A stretch of DNA of 47,348 bases from assembly GCA_003491635.1 (NCBI GenBank), contig DNCG01000010.1, positions 1-47,348 of the forward strand. The letters run 5' to 3'. The notes beneath the pieces were generated by a model. It was not told where the DNA came from and searched no databases. It saw only the letters and a list, made by a program, of their open reading frames with translations. The position numbers were made by a program, and so were the translations under genes. The DNA is from Actinomycetota bacterium (GTDB taxonomy: Bacteria > Actinomycetota > Aquicultoria > Subteraquimicrobiales > UBA9087). Of the stretch, positions 29,579-39,969 are shown piece after piece (the stretch's first letter is position 1; each line of letters opens with the position of its first letter).

Positions 29579-29848
29579 TTGGCTTTGCCAAAGGAAGAAA
29601 AGTCCAACCTAATTAAGCAGTTCCAACAACACGAGACCGATACTGGTTCCCCGGAAGTACAGATCGCTATCTTGACCACTCGCATCAAGGGACTCACCAA
29701 TCATCTCAAGGAACACCGAAAGGACAATCACTCCCGCCGCGGTCTTTTGAAGATGGTGGGGCAGAGAAGAAGATTGCTGAATTACCTTAAAGAACTCGAT
29801 ATCGAGCGGTACCGAAACGTGGTCGAAAAATTGAAATTGCGTGACTAG
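29579..29848 (+). CDS. rpsO: 30S ribosomal protein S15
   Basis: (M)[32 protein letters not shown]...[12 protein letters not shown] is canonical S15. The TTG at 29579 lies 10 nt after AAAGGAGG. The ORF track begins at ATG 29549. Confidence 0.88.
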   Translation: MALPKEEKSNLIKQFQQHETDTGSPEVQIAILTTRIKGLTNHLKEHRKDNHSRRGLLKMVGQRRRLLNYLKELDIERYRNVVEKLKLRD

Positions 29849-29873
29849 AAGGGCGGGCATGCCCTTCATTTTT
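29848..29873 (+). terminator. Intrinsic terminator after rpsO / start of the pnp leader
   Basis: GAAGGGC(G)-GGCA-(T)GCCCTTC, 7-8 bp of GC-rich stem overlapping the TAG stop, then A followed by TTTTT (29869-29873). Confidence 0.7.
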
Positions 29874-29919
29874 ATGAATGGAGATCATCTTTAAATTTCA
29901 AGGAGGCAGAGATAGTTCA

Positions 29920-32058
29920 ATGCGAGTGATAAAAAGAGAGATTGAATTGGGGGGTAAAACCATCTCCCTCGAAACAGGAAAGCTTGCCCGACAAGCTAAT
30001 GGAGCGGCGGTTGTAAGATGTGAAGACACAGTCGTTCTTGTTACCGCCGTGGCTTCAGAAAAACCCTTAGAGGGCGTCGATTTTCTTCCTCTCACCGTGG
30101 ATATCGAGGCAAAGATGTATGCAGTGGGTAGGATACCCGGTAGTTTCTTCAGGCGTGAAGGTCGCCCCCTCGAGAGCGCTATCCTCAATGCCCGATTGAT
30201 AGATCGGCCTCTCCGACCTTCTTTCCCCTCTGATTTCAGACACGAGATTCAGATCATTGCCACCATTTTCTCCGTCGATCAGGTTAATCCCCCCGATGTT
30301 TTAGCACTGTTGGGGGCTTCAGCCGCACTGACCATTTCCGATATCCCCTTTCAGGGACCATTGGGAGCGGTCAGGATCGGACGGATAGGAGAGAGATGGA
30401 TTATTAACCCCACCTTCCAGGAACTTGATCACAGCGAAATGGATATTGTAGTGGCTGGTACCAGGGGAGCCATCCTCATGGTCGAAGCAGGGGCAAAAGA
30501 AGTGGGTGAAGGGAATGTCCTGCAGGCCCTGGAGGAGGCACAAAAGTCTATAAACAAGCTGATCGACTTTCAGGAGGAGTTCAGAAGTGAAGTTGGTACA
30601 CCCAAAAGAGAGGTCGTGCCTCCCGCCACCGATGCTGTGGTTGAGCAAAGAGTGAGGGAATATGCCACCGACGAACTGAGAGATGCACTCAAAAGCCCCG
30701 ATAAGCTAGCTCGGGAAGAGGCCATCGCCCTGATAGAGGACGAAGCGACGGAGCGACTCACCACCATGCTTGAGGGGAAGGAACACTACATCGCCTCCGT
30801 TCTCGATAAAATTAAGAAAGAGGAAGTCCGAAGGATGATCCTGGAGGGTGAAGTCAGAATTGATGGCAGAAGACCGGACGAGATTAGAACCATCTCTTGC
30901 GAGGCGGGCATCCTTCCCCGACCCCACGGCTCCGGTCTCTTTATGCGAGGACAAACCGCGGTACTCTCCATCCTTACCCTGGGAACCACTGGCGAGGAAC
31001 AGAGGATAGACGATCTGGGCGTGCAGGAGACAAAACGTTTTATGCACCACTACAACTTTCCTCCTTTCTGTACGGGAGATGTTGGAATACTGCGAGGCCC
31101 CAGAAGACGAGAGATCGGCCATGGCGCCCTTGCTGAGCGGGCCCTCCTTCCCCTCATTCCACCGGAGCAGGATTTTCCTTACACCATCAGATTGGTGGCT
31201 GAGGTCCTCGAGTCGAACGGCTCTACTTCCATGGCCAGCGTCTGCGCTGGTAGCCTGGCGTTAATGGATGGCGGTGTTCCCATGCGGGAGCACGTCGCCG
31301 GCATTGCCATGGGCTTAGTCAAAGAGGGGGACAAATCGGTGATTCTAACGGATATCTTAGGGGTGGAGGATGCCTTGGGAGATATGGATTTCAAGGTAGC
31401 CGGGACAGCCAAGGGAATCACCGCTCTTCAAATGGATATGAAGATTGCCGGCATTGGAATGGACCTGCTCAAGGAGGCACTTGAAAAGGCAAAAGAGGCA
31501 CGACTGTACATTTTGGATAGGATGAATGAGGCAATCGCCAAACCCCGAGAAGAACTCTCCGAATTCGCCCCCAGAATAGTCGTTCTGAAGATAAGTCCCG
31601 AAAAAATTGGCGGGGTTATCGGCCCTGGAGGAAGGATGATCCGCAGCATCATCGAGGAGACCGGCGTGACCATCGACATCGAGGACGATGGGACGGTGTT
31701 TATCGCCTCGAAGGATAAAATGGGTACCCAAAGAGCCCGTGAGATCGTTGAATCCATCACGAAAGAACCCAAGGTTGGCGAGAGATACATGGGGACGGTG
31801 ACCAAAACCACCAGCTTTGGAGCCTTTGTGGAGATCCTCCCCGGCAGAGAAGGTCTCGTTCACATCTCTAGACTTGCCAAGAGGCGGGTGCCCACAGTGG
31901 AGGACGTTGTGAAAACTGGAGATAAGCTCCTCGTGGAGATCGTAGACATCGATAAGCAGAACCGAATAAGTCTGGCCGCCGTGGATCTGGGTTTAGGTGA
32001 GGCGATTAAGCCTCGGGGAGAAGGAATGAAATCCCACACGAGACGGAGCCGCCGATGA
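29920..32058 (+). CDS. pnp: Polyribonucleotide nucleotidyltransferase (PNPase)
   Basis: MRVIKREIELGGKTISLETGKLARQANGA start, two RNase PH domains, a KH domain (GPGGRMIRSI) and an S1 domain (GTVTKTTSFGAFVEI). The ORF track begins at 29878. Confidence 0.94.
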   Translation: MRVIKREIELGGKTISLETGKLARQANGAAVVRCEDTVVLVTAVASEKPLEGVDFLPLTVDIEAKMYAVGRIPGSFFRREGRPLESAILNARLIDRPLRPSFPSDFRHEIQIIATIFSVDQVNPPDVLALLGASAALTISDIPFQGPLGAVRIGRIGERWIINPTFQELDHSEMDIVVAGTRGAILMVEAGAKEVGEGNVLQALEEAQKSINKLIDFQEEFRSEVGTPKREVVPPATDAVVEQRVREYATDELRDALKSPDKLAREEAIALIEDEATERLTTMLEGKEHYIASVLDKIKKEEVRRMILEGEVRIDGRRPDEIRTISCEAGILPRPHGSGLFMRGQTAVLSILTLGTTGEEQRIDDLGVQETKRFMHHYNFPPFCTGDVGILRGPRRREIGHGALAERALLPLIPPEQDFPYTIRLVAEVLESNGSTSMASVCAGSLALMDGGVPMREHVAGIAMGLVKEGDKSVILTDILGVEDALGDMDFKVAGTAKGITALQMDMKIAGIGMDLLKEALEKAKEARLYILDRMNEAIAKPREELSEFAPRIVVLKISPEKIGGVIGPGGRMIRSIIEETGVTIDIEDDGTVFIASKDKMGTQRAREIVESITKEPKVGERYMGTVTKTTSFGAFVEILPGREGLVHISRLAKRRVPTVEDVVKTGDKLLVEIVDIDKQNRISLAAVDLGLGEAIKPRGEGMKSHTRRSRR

Positions 32059-33323
32059 TCTTCGGTAAAACCCAGCTGGAGTCCGGTATCAAGGTAATCA
32101 CGGAAACCATTCCTCATGTCAGATCCGTGGCGTTGGGTTTCTGGGTGGGTGTGGGAGCTCGGGACGAGCCGGAAAAATATAGTGGGATGTCCCACTTCCT
32201 GGAGCACCTGTTATTCAAAGGAACGGCGAAGTACTCGGCTCGAAAGATCTCGGAAACCTTTGAAGCTCTAGGCGGTGAACTCAACGCCTTTTCCGCTAAG
32301 GAATACACCTGCTTTCACGCCCGCATTCTGGATGAACACTTGCCGGTGGCGGTTGAAGTCCTCTCCGACATGCTTCAGAGACCACTCTTTAAGGAAGAGG
32401 ACATTGTTTCAGAGAAAGAAGTCGTTCTGGAGGAGATAAATCTCCACATGGACACCCCCGACGAGCAAATTCACGACCTCTTCGTCGATGCCCTCTGGGG
32501 GAACCATCCTCTGGGAAGAAGCGCTTTGGGGGAAGTTGAGACGGTGAGGTCATTTACCCGTGGGGACGTCCGGGATTTTTTCTCCAAAGGTTACGCCACG
32601 AAAAACATCCTGATTGCCGCCGCTGGTCATCTCGACCACGAGGAGCTCGTCGATCTCGTTCAGAAGCACTTCGCCGACAATGGTGGGGGAAATCTGACCA
32701 GGCACGAAATTATTCCAACGGTGAAGTCACGGGTGAAGGTCCACCGAAAACAAACGGAGCAGGCACACCTCTGTTACGGGACCCAGGGCCTGCATGCTAG
32801 GCACGATGACAGATTTGCCCTGGTGATCTTGGACAACATCTTAGGTGGCGGAATGAGCTCTCGTCTTTTCCAGGAGATCAGAGAGAAAAGGGGTTTGGTT
32901 TATTCCATCTATTCCTATCATTCGCTCTACACCGAAGCCGGTCTTATGGCCGTCTATGCAGGAACTAGACCCTCCAAAGCCGAAGAGGTATTGCGCCTGA
33001 TTCAAAAGGAGATAGACGATTTGGTAAAAAATGGTGTCTTTCCCGAAGAATTACATAGAGCCAAGGAGTATCTCAAAGGATATCTGGTTTTGAGCTTGGA
33101 GAACACGAACAGCAGGATGGCTCGATTGGGTAAGTCGGAGTTGGTTCACCGGGAGATTTTATCCCTCGATGAACTGGTAGAAAAAATCGAAGGTGTCACC
33201 GTCGAGGACGTGCAAAGGGTAGCAAAGGCCCTATTCGAGACCGATAGGATGGTTTTAACGGCAATTGGCCCTCTCGAGGAGGAAGAATTAGCGCGGTGGA
33301 TGCGCATTGAAGAGCGAGTTTAA
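32055..33323 (+). CDS. M16 family zinc metallopeptidase (PepR-like)
   Basis: HFLEHLLFKG inverted zinc motif (HxxEH). ATGA overlap with the pnp stop. Conserved position after pnp. Confidence 0.88.
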   Translation: MIFGKTQLESGIKVITETIPHVRSVALGFWVGVGARDEPEKYSGMSHFLEHLLFKGTAKYSARKISETFEALGGELNAFSAKEYTCFHARILDEHLPVAVEVLSDMLQRPLFKEEDIVSEKEVVLEEINLHMDTPDEQIHDLFVDALWGNHPLGRSALGEVETVRSFTRGDVRDFFSKGYATKNILIAAAGHLDHEELVDLVQKHFADNGGGNLTRHEIIPTVKSRVKVHRKQTEQAHLCYGTQGLHARHDDRFALVILDNILGGGMSSRLFQEIREKRGLVYSIYSYHSLYTEAGLMAVYAGTRPSKAEEVLRLIQKEIDDLVKNGVFPEELHRAKEYLKGYLVLSLENTNSRMARLGKSELVHREILSLDELVEKIEGVTVEDVQRVAKALFETDRMVLTAIGPLEEEELARWMRIEERV

Positions 33324-33365
33324 CCATCCCTCGCCAAAAAATGGGTTAGATTTGGGGGGATTGAG

Positions 33366-34163
33366 ATGATAAAAGTCGTTGTGGCCGGTGCTGCCGGGAG
33401 AATGGGAGGGGAAGTATGCAAGGCCGTTTTGAGTGAACCTGACATGTCCCTTGTGGGAGCGGTGGATGTCTCTTCCGTTGGATCCGATGTTGGAGAATTG
33501 CTGGGAAGAGGGACTTTGGGCGTGACCATCACCGACGAATTGGAGGCATGCCTTAAAGAAAAATCGGCGCAGGTCATGGTGGATTTCACTCACCCATCCG
33601 CCGTGATGCAAAACATTAGAACCGCCCTGAAATGCGGGGTTCATGCCGTCGTTGGAACGACCGGGATGAGCGAGACTGACCTGGCCGAGATTAAATCCCT
33701 GGTAGAGGATGGTCCCGCCAATGTTGTGGTGGCACCGAATTTTGCCATCGGTGCGGTGCTGATGATGAAGCTCTCCGAGATAGCGGCAAAGTACCTCCCC
33801 GACGTTGAAATCATTGAACTCCATCACAATCAAAAGGCTGATGCTCCCTCAGGGACAGCTTTAAAGACAGCTCAGCTCATAGCCGGATTGAGATCGAAGG
33901 AGACATCTCGTAGTCCCGTAGAGAAAGAGACTGTCAAAGGAGTGCGGGGTGGAAAGGCCGAGGATATACACATTCACAGTGTTCGCCTGCCTGGCCTGGT
34001 GGCTCATCAGGAGGTAATCTTCGGTGGGGTCGGTCAAACCTTAACCATCCGGCACGATTCAATAGATCGCTCTTCATTCATGCCCGGTGTCCTCATGGCC
34101 ATCAGAGAAGTGGAGAAAAGAAAGGGCTTCATCTATGGCCTAGACAAGCTCATGGGATTATAA
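33366..34163 (+). CDS. dapB: 4-hydroxy-tetrahydrodipicolinate reductase
   Basis: VVVAGAAGRMG and ELHHNQKADAPSGTA motifs. Confidence 0.93.
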   Translation: MIKVVVAGAAGRMGGEVCKAVLSEPDMSLVGAVDVSSVGSDVGELLGRGTLGVTITDELEACLKEKSAQVMVDFTHPSAVMQNIRTALKCGVHAVVGTTGMSETDLAEIKSLVEDGPANVVVAPNFAIGAVLMMKLSEIAAKYLPDVEIIELHHNQKADAPSGTALKTAQLIAGLRSKETSRSPVEKETVKGVRGGKAEDIHIHSVRLPGLVAHQEVIFGGVGQTLTIRHDSIDRSSFMPGVLMAIREVEKRKGFIYGLDKLMGL

Positions 34164-34200
34164 AGTCAAACTTGATATTTACTTTAGGGAGGTAATTGAG

Positions 34201-35079
34201 ATGGATTTTGGAGAGGTTCTCACGGCGATGGTCACACCCTTCAATCCGGACCTAAGCGTTAACTACGGTAGAGCTCAGGAACTCGCTGTCCATCTGATCG
34301 AGAATGGCTCCGATGGAGTGGTCGTCTCCGGGACGACCGGGGAATCTCCGACCCTGACTCCCGATGAAAAAATTGAACTCTTCAAATTCGTCAAGGAGGC
34401 TGTAGGAAGTAAAGGTAAGGTCATCGCAGGTACGGGTTATAACTGTACCAGCGAAAGCATCGAGCTCACCCATCGAGCTGAGAAGGTTGGGGTGGATGGC
34501 TGCATGCTGGTTGGACCCTACTATAACAAACCGCCTCAGGAGGGTCTTTATCGGCACTTCAAAATGATAGCGGAGAGCACTTTATTACCGGTGATCGTTT
34601 ACAACGTCCCCTCTCGAACCGCCTGTAATATCGAGGCGGAGACGGTTGTCAAGTTATCGGCGGTGAAAAACATTGTCGCCGTGAAGGAGGCCAGCGGAAA
34701 CCTGGATCAGGTGTCAAAGATTTCTGCTGGAACCCCCAACGATTTTCGAATATACAGTGGAGATGACAGTTTGACCCTGCCCATATTGGCGATTGGGGGC
34801 GATGGGGTTATAAGCGTTGCCTCTCACGTGGCGGGCAAAGAGATAAAGGAGATGGTAAGGAGCTATAAAAATGGCGACGTTGAAAAGGCTCGCGAGATTC
34901 ATCTTATCCTTTCACCACTCTTCAAGGCGCTCTTCATGACGACCAATCCGATAATGGTCAAATCGGCGGTGAAGCTGAAAGGCATAGATGTGGGAAGTTT
35001 GAGACCGCCACTTGTGGGTGCCACAAGGGAACAAATTGAAAAATTAGAAAAAGTTATGAAGGATGCAGGAATCCTATAG
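34201..35079 (+). CDS. dapA: 4-hydroxy-tetrahydrodipicolinate synthase
   Basis: SGTTGESPTL, YNVPSRT and the Schiff-base Lys context VAVKEASG. Confidence 0.93.
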   Translation: MDFGEVLTAMVTPFNPDLSVNYGRAQELAVHLIENGSDGVVVSGTTGESPTLTPDEKIELFKFVKEAVGSKGKVIAGTGYNCTSESIELTHRAEKVGVDGCMLVGPYYNKPPQEGLYRHFKMIAESTLLPVIVYNVPSRTACNIEAETVVKLSAVKNIVAVKEASGNLDQVSKISAGTPNDFRIYSGDDSLTLPILAIGGDGVISVASHVAGKEIKEMVRSYKNGDVEKAREIHLILSPLFKALFMTTNPIMVKSAVKLKGIDVGSLRPPLVGATREQIEKLEKVMKDAGIL

Positions 35080-35126
35080 TCCCCCCCCTTTTTTTAATTC
35101 CTAATCCATTGGTAAGCTAGGATACT

Positions 35127-36794
35127 ATGGCGAAAAAGAGGACATCAAAACTACGCTTAATCCCTCTTGGTGGGCTCGGCGAAATTGGCAAAAACATGCT
35201 CGTGGTGGAGTATGGTAGAGACACCCTTGTCATCGACGCCGGCCTCATGTTCCCCGAAGAAGAGATGCTTGGGATAGACCTAGTCCTACCCGACTACTCC
35301 TATCTCAAAAAGAACAGGGAGCGAGTGCGGGCCATCATTCTCACTCATGGACATGAGGACCACGTGGGCTCCCTGCCCTATATTCTAAAGGAGGTCAAAG
35401 TTCCTCTCTATGGAACAAGGCTTACCCTGGGACTGGTGAGAGGAAAACTGGAGGAATATGACCTCACCGATGTCGATCTCAGGGAAATTTCCCCAAAGAA
35501 TAGCCTCCAGATCGGCCAGTTCAAATTGGAGTTCATAAGAGTCTGTCATAGCATACCCGATGGTGTAGGACTGGCCATTCACACCCCCGTGGGCACCATA
35601 GTTCACTCCGGAGATTTTAAGTTGGATCAAACGCCCATCGATGGGAGAGCCACTCAACTCGACAAATTTGCCTCCCTCGGAGAGAGAGGTGTCCTTGCCC
35701 TTCTCTCCGACAGCACCAATGCTGAGACACCTGGGTATATCCCCTCGGAAAGGATAGTGGGAAGGGCGTTGGTGGACATATTCAAGCAGGCTAAAAAGAG
35801 GATCATCGTGGCCTCTTTTGCCTCCCATATTCACCGGATTCAGCAGGTGGCAAACGTCACTTTTCGAAGCAAACGGAAGTTAGCAATCTCCGGCTTAAGC
35901 ATGATGAATAACATAGAGATCGCCTCTAAACTCGGTTACCTGAAGATTCCCGATGGATTACTCATCAATATCAGGGAAATCGACAAATATCCTCCCAGGG
36001 AAGTCGTCGTCATGTCCACAGGCAGTCAAGGTGAGCCCCTTTCCGCTCTCAGTAAAATGGCCTCTGGGGAACACAAATGGATCAAGATAGTCCCAGGAGA
36101 CACGGTCATCCTTTCTGCCAGCCCTGTGCCGGGTAACGAGAAGTCGGTTGCCCAAACCATTGACCGCTTTTTCAAGCGTGGTGCCAATGTCTTCTACGAG
36201 ACGATTTCCCCCGTTCATGTTTCCGGGCATGCTGCCCAGGAGGAACTCAAATTGATGATTGGCCTGGTTAAGCCCAAATATTTTATCCCCATCCACGGAG
36301 AATATAGACACCTTAAGCACCATACCGATTTGGCTAAGGAGATGGGAATACCGCCCGAAAATATCCTGTTAGCGGAGAACGGAAGCATCATCGAGTTTAC
36401 GGACTCCTCCGCTCAAATAAAGGAGCGGGTATCGGTGGGAACGATCCTCGTTGATGGATTGGGTGTGGGTGACATCGGCGACATAGTTCTCAGGGATAGG
36501 CTACTACTTTCCACCGATGGAATATTCATCGTGATCGTCGCCGTTAGTGCCGATACAGGTGAGATAGTCGCTGGTCCCGATGTTGTCTCCCGCGGATTTA
36601 TCTATGTTAGGGAGGCAGGAGAACTAATCGAGGAGGCTAAGGAATGTGTTCAGAGCATCCTTGAGCAATGTGCCGAGCGTGGGGTCACCGATTGGACCGT
36701 CCTCAAAACTGATGTTCGTAATACTTTGCGAAAATTTCTTTACGACAAGACCCAGCGGCGCCCCATGATCATGCCAATCATCGTGGAAGTGTAA
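35127..36794 (+). CDS. rnj: Ribonuclease J (metallo-beta-lactamase/beta-CASP)
   Basis: LRLIPLGGLGEIGKNM, THGHEDHVG and HVSGHA motifs. 555 aa. Confidence 0.93.
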   Translation: MAKKRTSKLRLIPLGGLGEIGKNMLVVEYGRDTLVIDAGLMFPEEEMLGIDLVLPDYSYLKKNRERVRAIILTHGHEDHVGSLPYILKEVKVPLYGTRLTLGLVRGKLEEYDLTDVDLREISPKNSLQIGQFKLEFIRVCHSIPDGVGLAIHTPVGTIVHSGDFKLDQTPIDGRATQLDKFASLGERGVLALLSDSTNAETPGYIPSERIVGRALVDIFKQAKKRIIVASFASHIHRIQQVANVTFRSKRKLAISGLSMMNNIEIASKLGYLKIPDGLLINIREIDKYPPREVVVMSTGSQGEPLSALSKMASGEHKWIKIVPGDTVILSASPVPGNEKSVAQTIDRFFKRGANVFYETISPVHVSGHAAQEELKLMIGLVKPKYFIPIHGEYRHLKHHTDLAKEMGIPPENILLAENGSIIEFTDSSAQIKERVSVGTILVDGLGVGDIGDIVLRDRLLLSTDGIFIVIVAVSADTGEIVAGPDVVSRGFIYVREAGELIEEAKECVQSILEQCAERGVTDWTVLKTDVRNTLRKFLYDKTQRRPMIMPIIVEV

Positions 36795-36851
36795 AGGGAG
36801 GAAAATCTCAACTTTTGTCGAAGTTAACCAGCATCGATATCAGAGGAAACA

Positions 36852-37667
36852 ATGAACTTACTACAAGCAGTCGCACTAGGAATCATACAAGGTACTACCG
36901 AGTTCGTTCCCGTCAGCAGCTCTGCCCATTTGGTTCTAGCCCCATATTTCCTGGGCTGGTCAGAACCGCCAGTTAGTTTCGATGTTGCACTTCACCTGGG
37001 TACTCTATCTGGAGTTGTTGCCTTTTTCCGGCGAGATATAGTTCGGCTAATCTCCGCCTTTTTGGCGAGCATAAAGGAGCGCAGTCTTCGCAATGATCCG
37101 TTCCGTAAACTTTCCTGGCTGATCATTGTGGGCACACTGCCCACAGTCATCCTAGCTCTTCTCTTCGAGAGCTCCTTTGAGAAACTCTTCGGTAAACCCC
37201 TTCTGGTTGGCTATCTTTTATTGGTTACCGGTGTTATATTATGGCTTAGTGAGCGCTTTTCTTCAAAAAAGGGGAAGATGGGAGCGATCAAATTCACCGA
37301 TGCCCTAATTATTGGACTGGCCCAAGGGTGTGCCATCGCTCCGGGCATCTCTCGCTCGGGTGCAACCATATCGGCGGGTTTATTTCGCGGTTTAACAAGA
37401 GAGGCCTCCGCCAGATACTCCTTTCTCTTAGCCATACCCATAATTCTCGGGGCAACCGTGCGCAAGTTGGGGAAAATAATTCTTCTGTGCCAGACTTGGA
37501 CTTCCTTTATACCTTTGTCCGGGGGCTTCCTCGCCGCAGCAATAAGTGGATTCTTTGCTGTAAAATATCTCCTGAAATTCCTGCAGCGAGGACGCCTTGA
37601 TGTCTTCTCCTACTATTGCCTTGGAATCGGAACTCTGACGGTGACTTTCGCCGCTCTTAAAGGATAG
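36852..37667 (+). CDS. uppP: Undecaprenyl-diphosphate phosphatase (BacA/UppP)
   Basis: EFVPVSSSAHL and PGISRSGATI motifs in a polytopic membrane protein. Confidence 0.9.
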   Translation: MNLLQAVALGIIQGTTEFVPVSSSAHLVLAPYFLGWSEPPVSFDVALHLGTLSGVVAFFRRDIVRLISAFLASIKERSLRNDPFRKLSWLIIVGTLPTVILALLFESSFEKLFGKPLLVGYLLLVTGVILWLSERFSSKKGKMGAIKFTDALIIGLAQGCAIAPGISRSGATISAGLFRGLTREASARYSFLLAIPIILGATVRKLGKIILLCQTWTSFIPLSGGFLAAAISGFFAVKYLLKFLQRGRLDVFSYYCLGIGTLTVTFAALKG

Positions 37668-37672
37668 GGAAG

Positions 37673-39856
37673 ATGGCAAAGAAGGTTAGAAAAGAGAGTG
37701 ACAATCTCGGCGAGATATACGGCATAGCCCTAATCGCGGGTGCTGCTCTCTTCGTCCTATTTTTGGTGAGCCCCGCCATAGGCGGGACAACTGGAATAGT
37801 CGGCTCAAATACCGTTCTCGCCCTCAAATACCTGGTTGGGGTGGGAAGATATCTAATTCCCGTCTTTCTCCTGGGCTGGGGTGTAACATTCTTGTTGCCC
37901 GGGATGAGGGCGGACGTGAGATCGATTGGCCTGGGTCTCTTCATCTTTTTCATCAGTCTACTTTCCCTGATCCATCTGGTAGCCCTCGACTACTTCAGCA
38001 TACCACTTTCAAGAGCATTCGATGTCTTTCTCATGACCAGATATGGTGGGATCACCGGCGCTTGCTTTGCCTTTACTCTGGGAACCCTATTGAGAAAGGG
38101 GGCTTATATTGTAATTATCGCCTCACTGATAATCGGGGGGCTTATTGCAACATCTCTTTCTCTCTCACAGATTCTCTCAAATTTGATGAGCGGTTTGAGA
38201 ATCCTTTTTCAGAATCCCAGATTAAGGCGCTTTCTTAAGCTCCGCCCACTTACAGCTCGGTTGGATTATTCGGAGAGGATCGCCGAGGAGAAGAGGCAGC
38301 CTGCGACTCTCATAGTAGAGGAGGCAGAGGAGGCTGAATCGGAGGCTCCACCGGAGTTTGCGGCAACCACCTCCACGAGAAAAACAGCTCAGCTAAAAAT
38401 GGTGGAAAGGGAACTGACCTCCACCGAGGCTTATCAGTTACCGCCCCTTTCTCTGCTCAAACGGACATCCCCCCCCAGAGGTGTAACCTCCAGGAAGGGA
38501 ATAAAAGAGAACATCAATATTCTCGAGCGAATGCTACGCAACTTCGATGTCAATGCCACAGTTAGCAAAGTTGTGAGGGGTCCGACGGTCACTCGCTTTG
38601 AGCTCCAGCTGGCCACGGGGGTTAAGGTAAATCGCATCCTCAGTTTAACCGACGACATCGCTTTGGCTTTGGCAACGGCGGATGTGAGGATACTGGCCCC
38701 CATTCCCGGCAAGTCCGCCATCGGAATAGAGGTTCCCAACCAATATCGGGAGCTGGTTACGGCGGGCGATATCCTTACCTCCCTCGAAGCCAAAGACAGA
38801 GGAGTTCTAACGGTTGGGGTAGGTAAGGACATCTCAGGACACCCGGTCCTAGCCGATCTCGGTGATATGCCCCATCTCCTTATCGCCGGAGCCACCGGCT
38901 CAGGTAAGAGCGTCTGCATAAATAGCATTCTTGTATCAGTCCTCACTCGGGCTCGCCCGGATGAGGTAAAAATGATCCTCATAGATCCGAAGAGGATAGA
39001 GCTCGCACTATTCAATCATTTACCCCATCTTTTAGTGCCAGTTATAACCAACCCCAAGCAAGCAGCAACTGTTCTGGCCTGGGCAGTTGGGGAAATGGAG
39101 CATAGATTTGAGGTTCTCGCAGAATTTGGAGCAAGAAACATCGATGCCTACAATAAAATCATTATGACCAAGGATCGTGGGATGGAACTCATGCCCTACA
39201 TCTTAATCGTTATCGATGAGCTGGCCGATTTAATGATGGCCTCTCCCGGTGAGGTGGAGGATGCCATCTGCCGCATCGCTCAAATGGCCAGAGCTGTGGG
39301 AATTCATCTTGTAGTGGCCACCCAGAGGCCCTCCGTGGACATAATTACCGGCTTGATCAAGGCCAACATCACCACACGGATCACCTTTGCCGTTTCCTCT
39401 CAGACGGATTCCAGGGTCATTCTGGATGCAGGGGGAGCAGAAAAATTGGTGGGCAAGGGCGACATGCTCTTTATCGCCCCTGGTCTTCTCAAACCCAAAC
39501 GAATACAGGGGGCCTTCGTCACCGAACAAGAAATTGAGCTGATTACAAACTTCATCAAGAAGCAGTTGAAACCCCACTACAATGAAGAAATCCTTCAAGC
39601 ACAGCACGCTAAATTTGGCCATACTGGCTATGAAGATGAACTCCTGGACGATGCAATGGAGCTTGTGGTAACCACTGGTTTGGCCTCCATCTCGATGCTT
39701 CAAAGGCGCCTCCGAGTGGGCTATGCCCGAGCGGCACGACTGATAGATGTACTCGAAGAAAGAGGTGTCGTTGGAAGCTATGAGGGAAGTAGGCCCCGAG
39801 CAGTCCTCATCACCAGAGAAGAGCTTGAGCAGATAAAAAGATCAAGCAGGGAATAG
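37673..39856 (+). CDS. ftsK: DNA translocase FtsK/SpoIIIE
   Basis: N-terminal TM helices, linker, Walker A GATGSGKSV, Walker B IVIDELADL and a gamma winged helix MLQRRLRVGYARAARLIDVLEERGVV. Confidence 0.94.
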   Translation: MAKKVRKESDNLGEIYGIALIAGAALFVLFLVSPAIGGTTGIVGSNTVLALKYLVGVGRYLIPVFLLGWGVTFLLPGMRADVRSIGLGLFIFFISLLSLIHLVALDYFSIPLSRAFDVFLMTRYGGITGACFAFTLGTLLRKGAYIVIIASLIIGGLIATSLSLSQILSNLMSGLRILFQNPRLRRFLKLRPLTARLDYSERIAEEKRQPATLIVEEAEEAESEAPPEFAATTSTRKTAQLKMVERELTSTEAYQLPPLSLLKRTSPPRGVTSRKGIKENINILERMLRNFDVNATVSKVVRGPTVTRFELQLATGVKVNRILSLTDDIALALATADVRILAPIPGKSAIGIEVPNQYRELVTAGDILTSLEAKDRGVLTVGVGKDISGHPVLADLGDMPHLLIAGATGSGKSVCINSILVSVLTRARPDEVKMILIDPKRIELALFNHLPHLLVPVITNPKQAATVLAWAVGEMEHRFEVLAEFGARNIDAYNKIIMTKDRGMELMPYILIVIDELADLMMASPGEVEDAICRIAQMARAVGIHLVVATQRPSVDIITGLIKANITTRITFAVSSQTDSRVILDAGGAEKLVGKGDMLFIAPGLLKPKRIQGAFVTEQEIELITNFIKKQLKPHYNEEILQAQHAKFGHTGYEDELLDDAMELVVTTGLASISMLQRRLRVGYARAARLIDVLEERGVVGSYEGSRPRAVLITREELEQIKRSSRE

Positions 39857-39895
39857 AATACCTCCCAACGCTGCCTCTGAAGAGCATTGCATCTT

Positions 39896-39925
39896 TTCAC
39901 CAAGGAGAACTTTTTTTGATAAAGT
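39896..39925 (+). promoter_or_regulatory. Weak candidate extended -10 promoter upstream of the RodZ-like gene
   Basis: TTCACC (39896-39901), 18-nt spacer, TGATAAAGT (39917-39925), in the 113-nt ftsK-rodZ-like spacer. Confidence 0.25.
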
Positions 39926-39969
39926 AAGAGAAGGAGCAACATACAGCTCGCTCCTAGAGGTGAACGATT

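Noticed and set aside
33288-33833. 181-aa minus-strand ORF
   Set aside because: It is antisense to dapB, whose + strand translation carries diagnostic motifs. It shows no independent coding evidence. The same reasoning applies to 38434-39015 (antisense to ftsK), 5197-5709 (antisense to lepB), 22524-23066 (antisense to nusA) and 31357-31863 (antisense to pnp).
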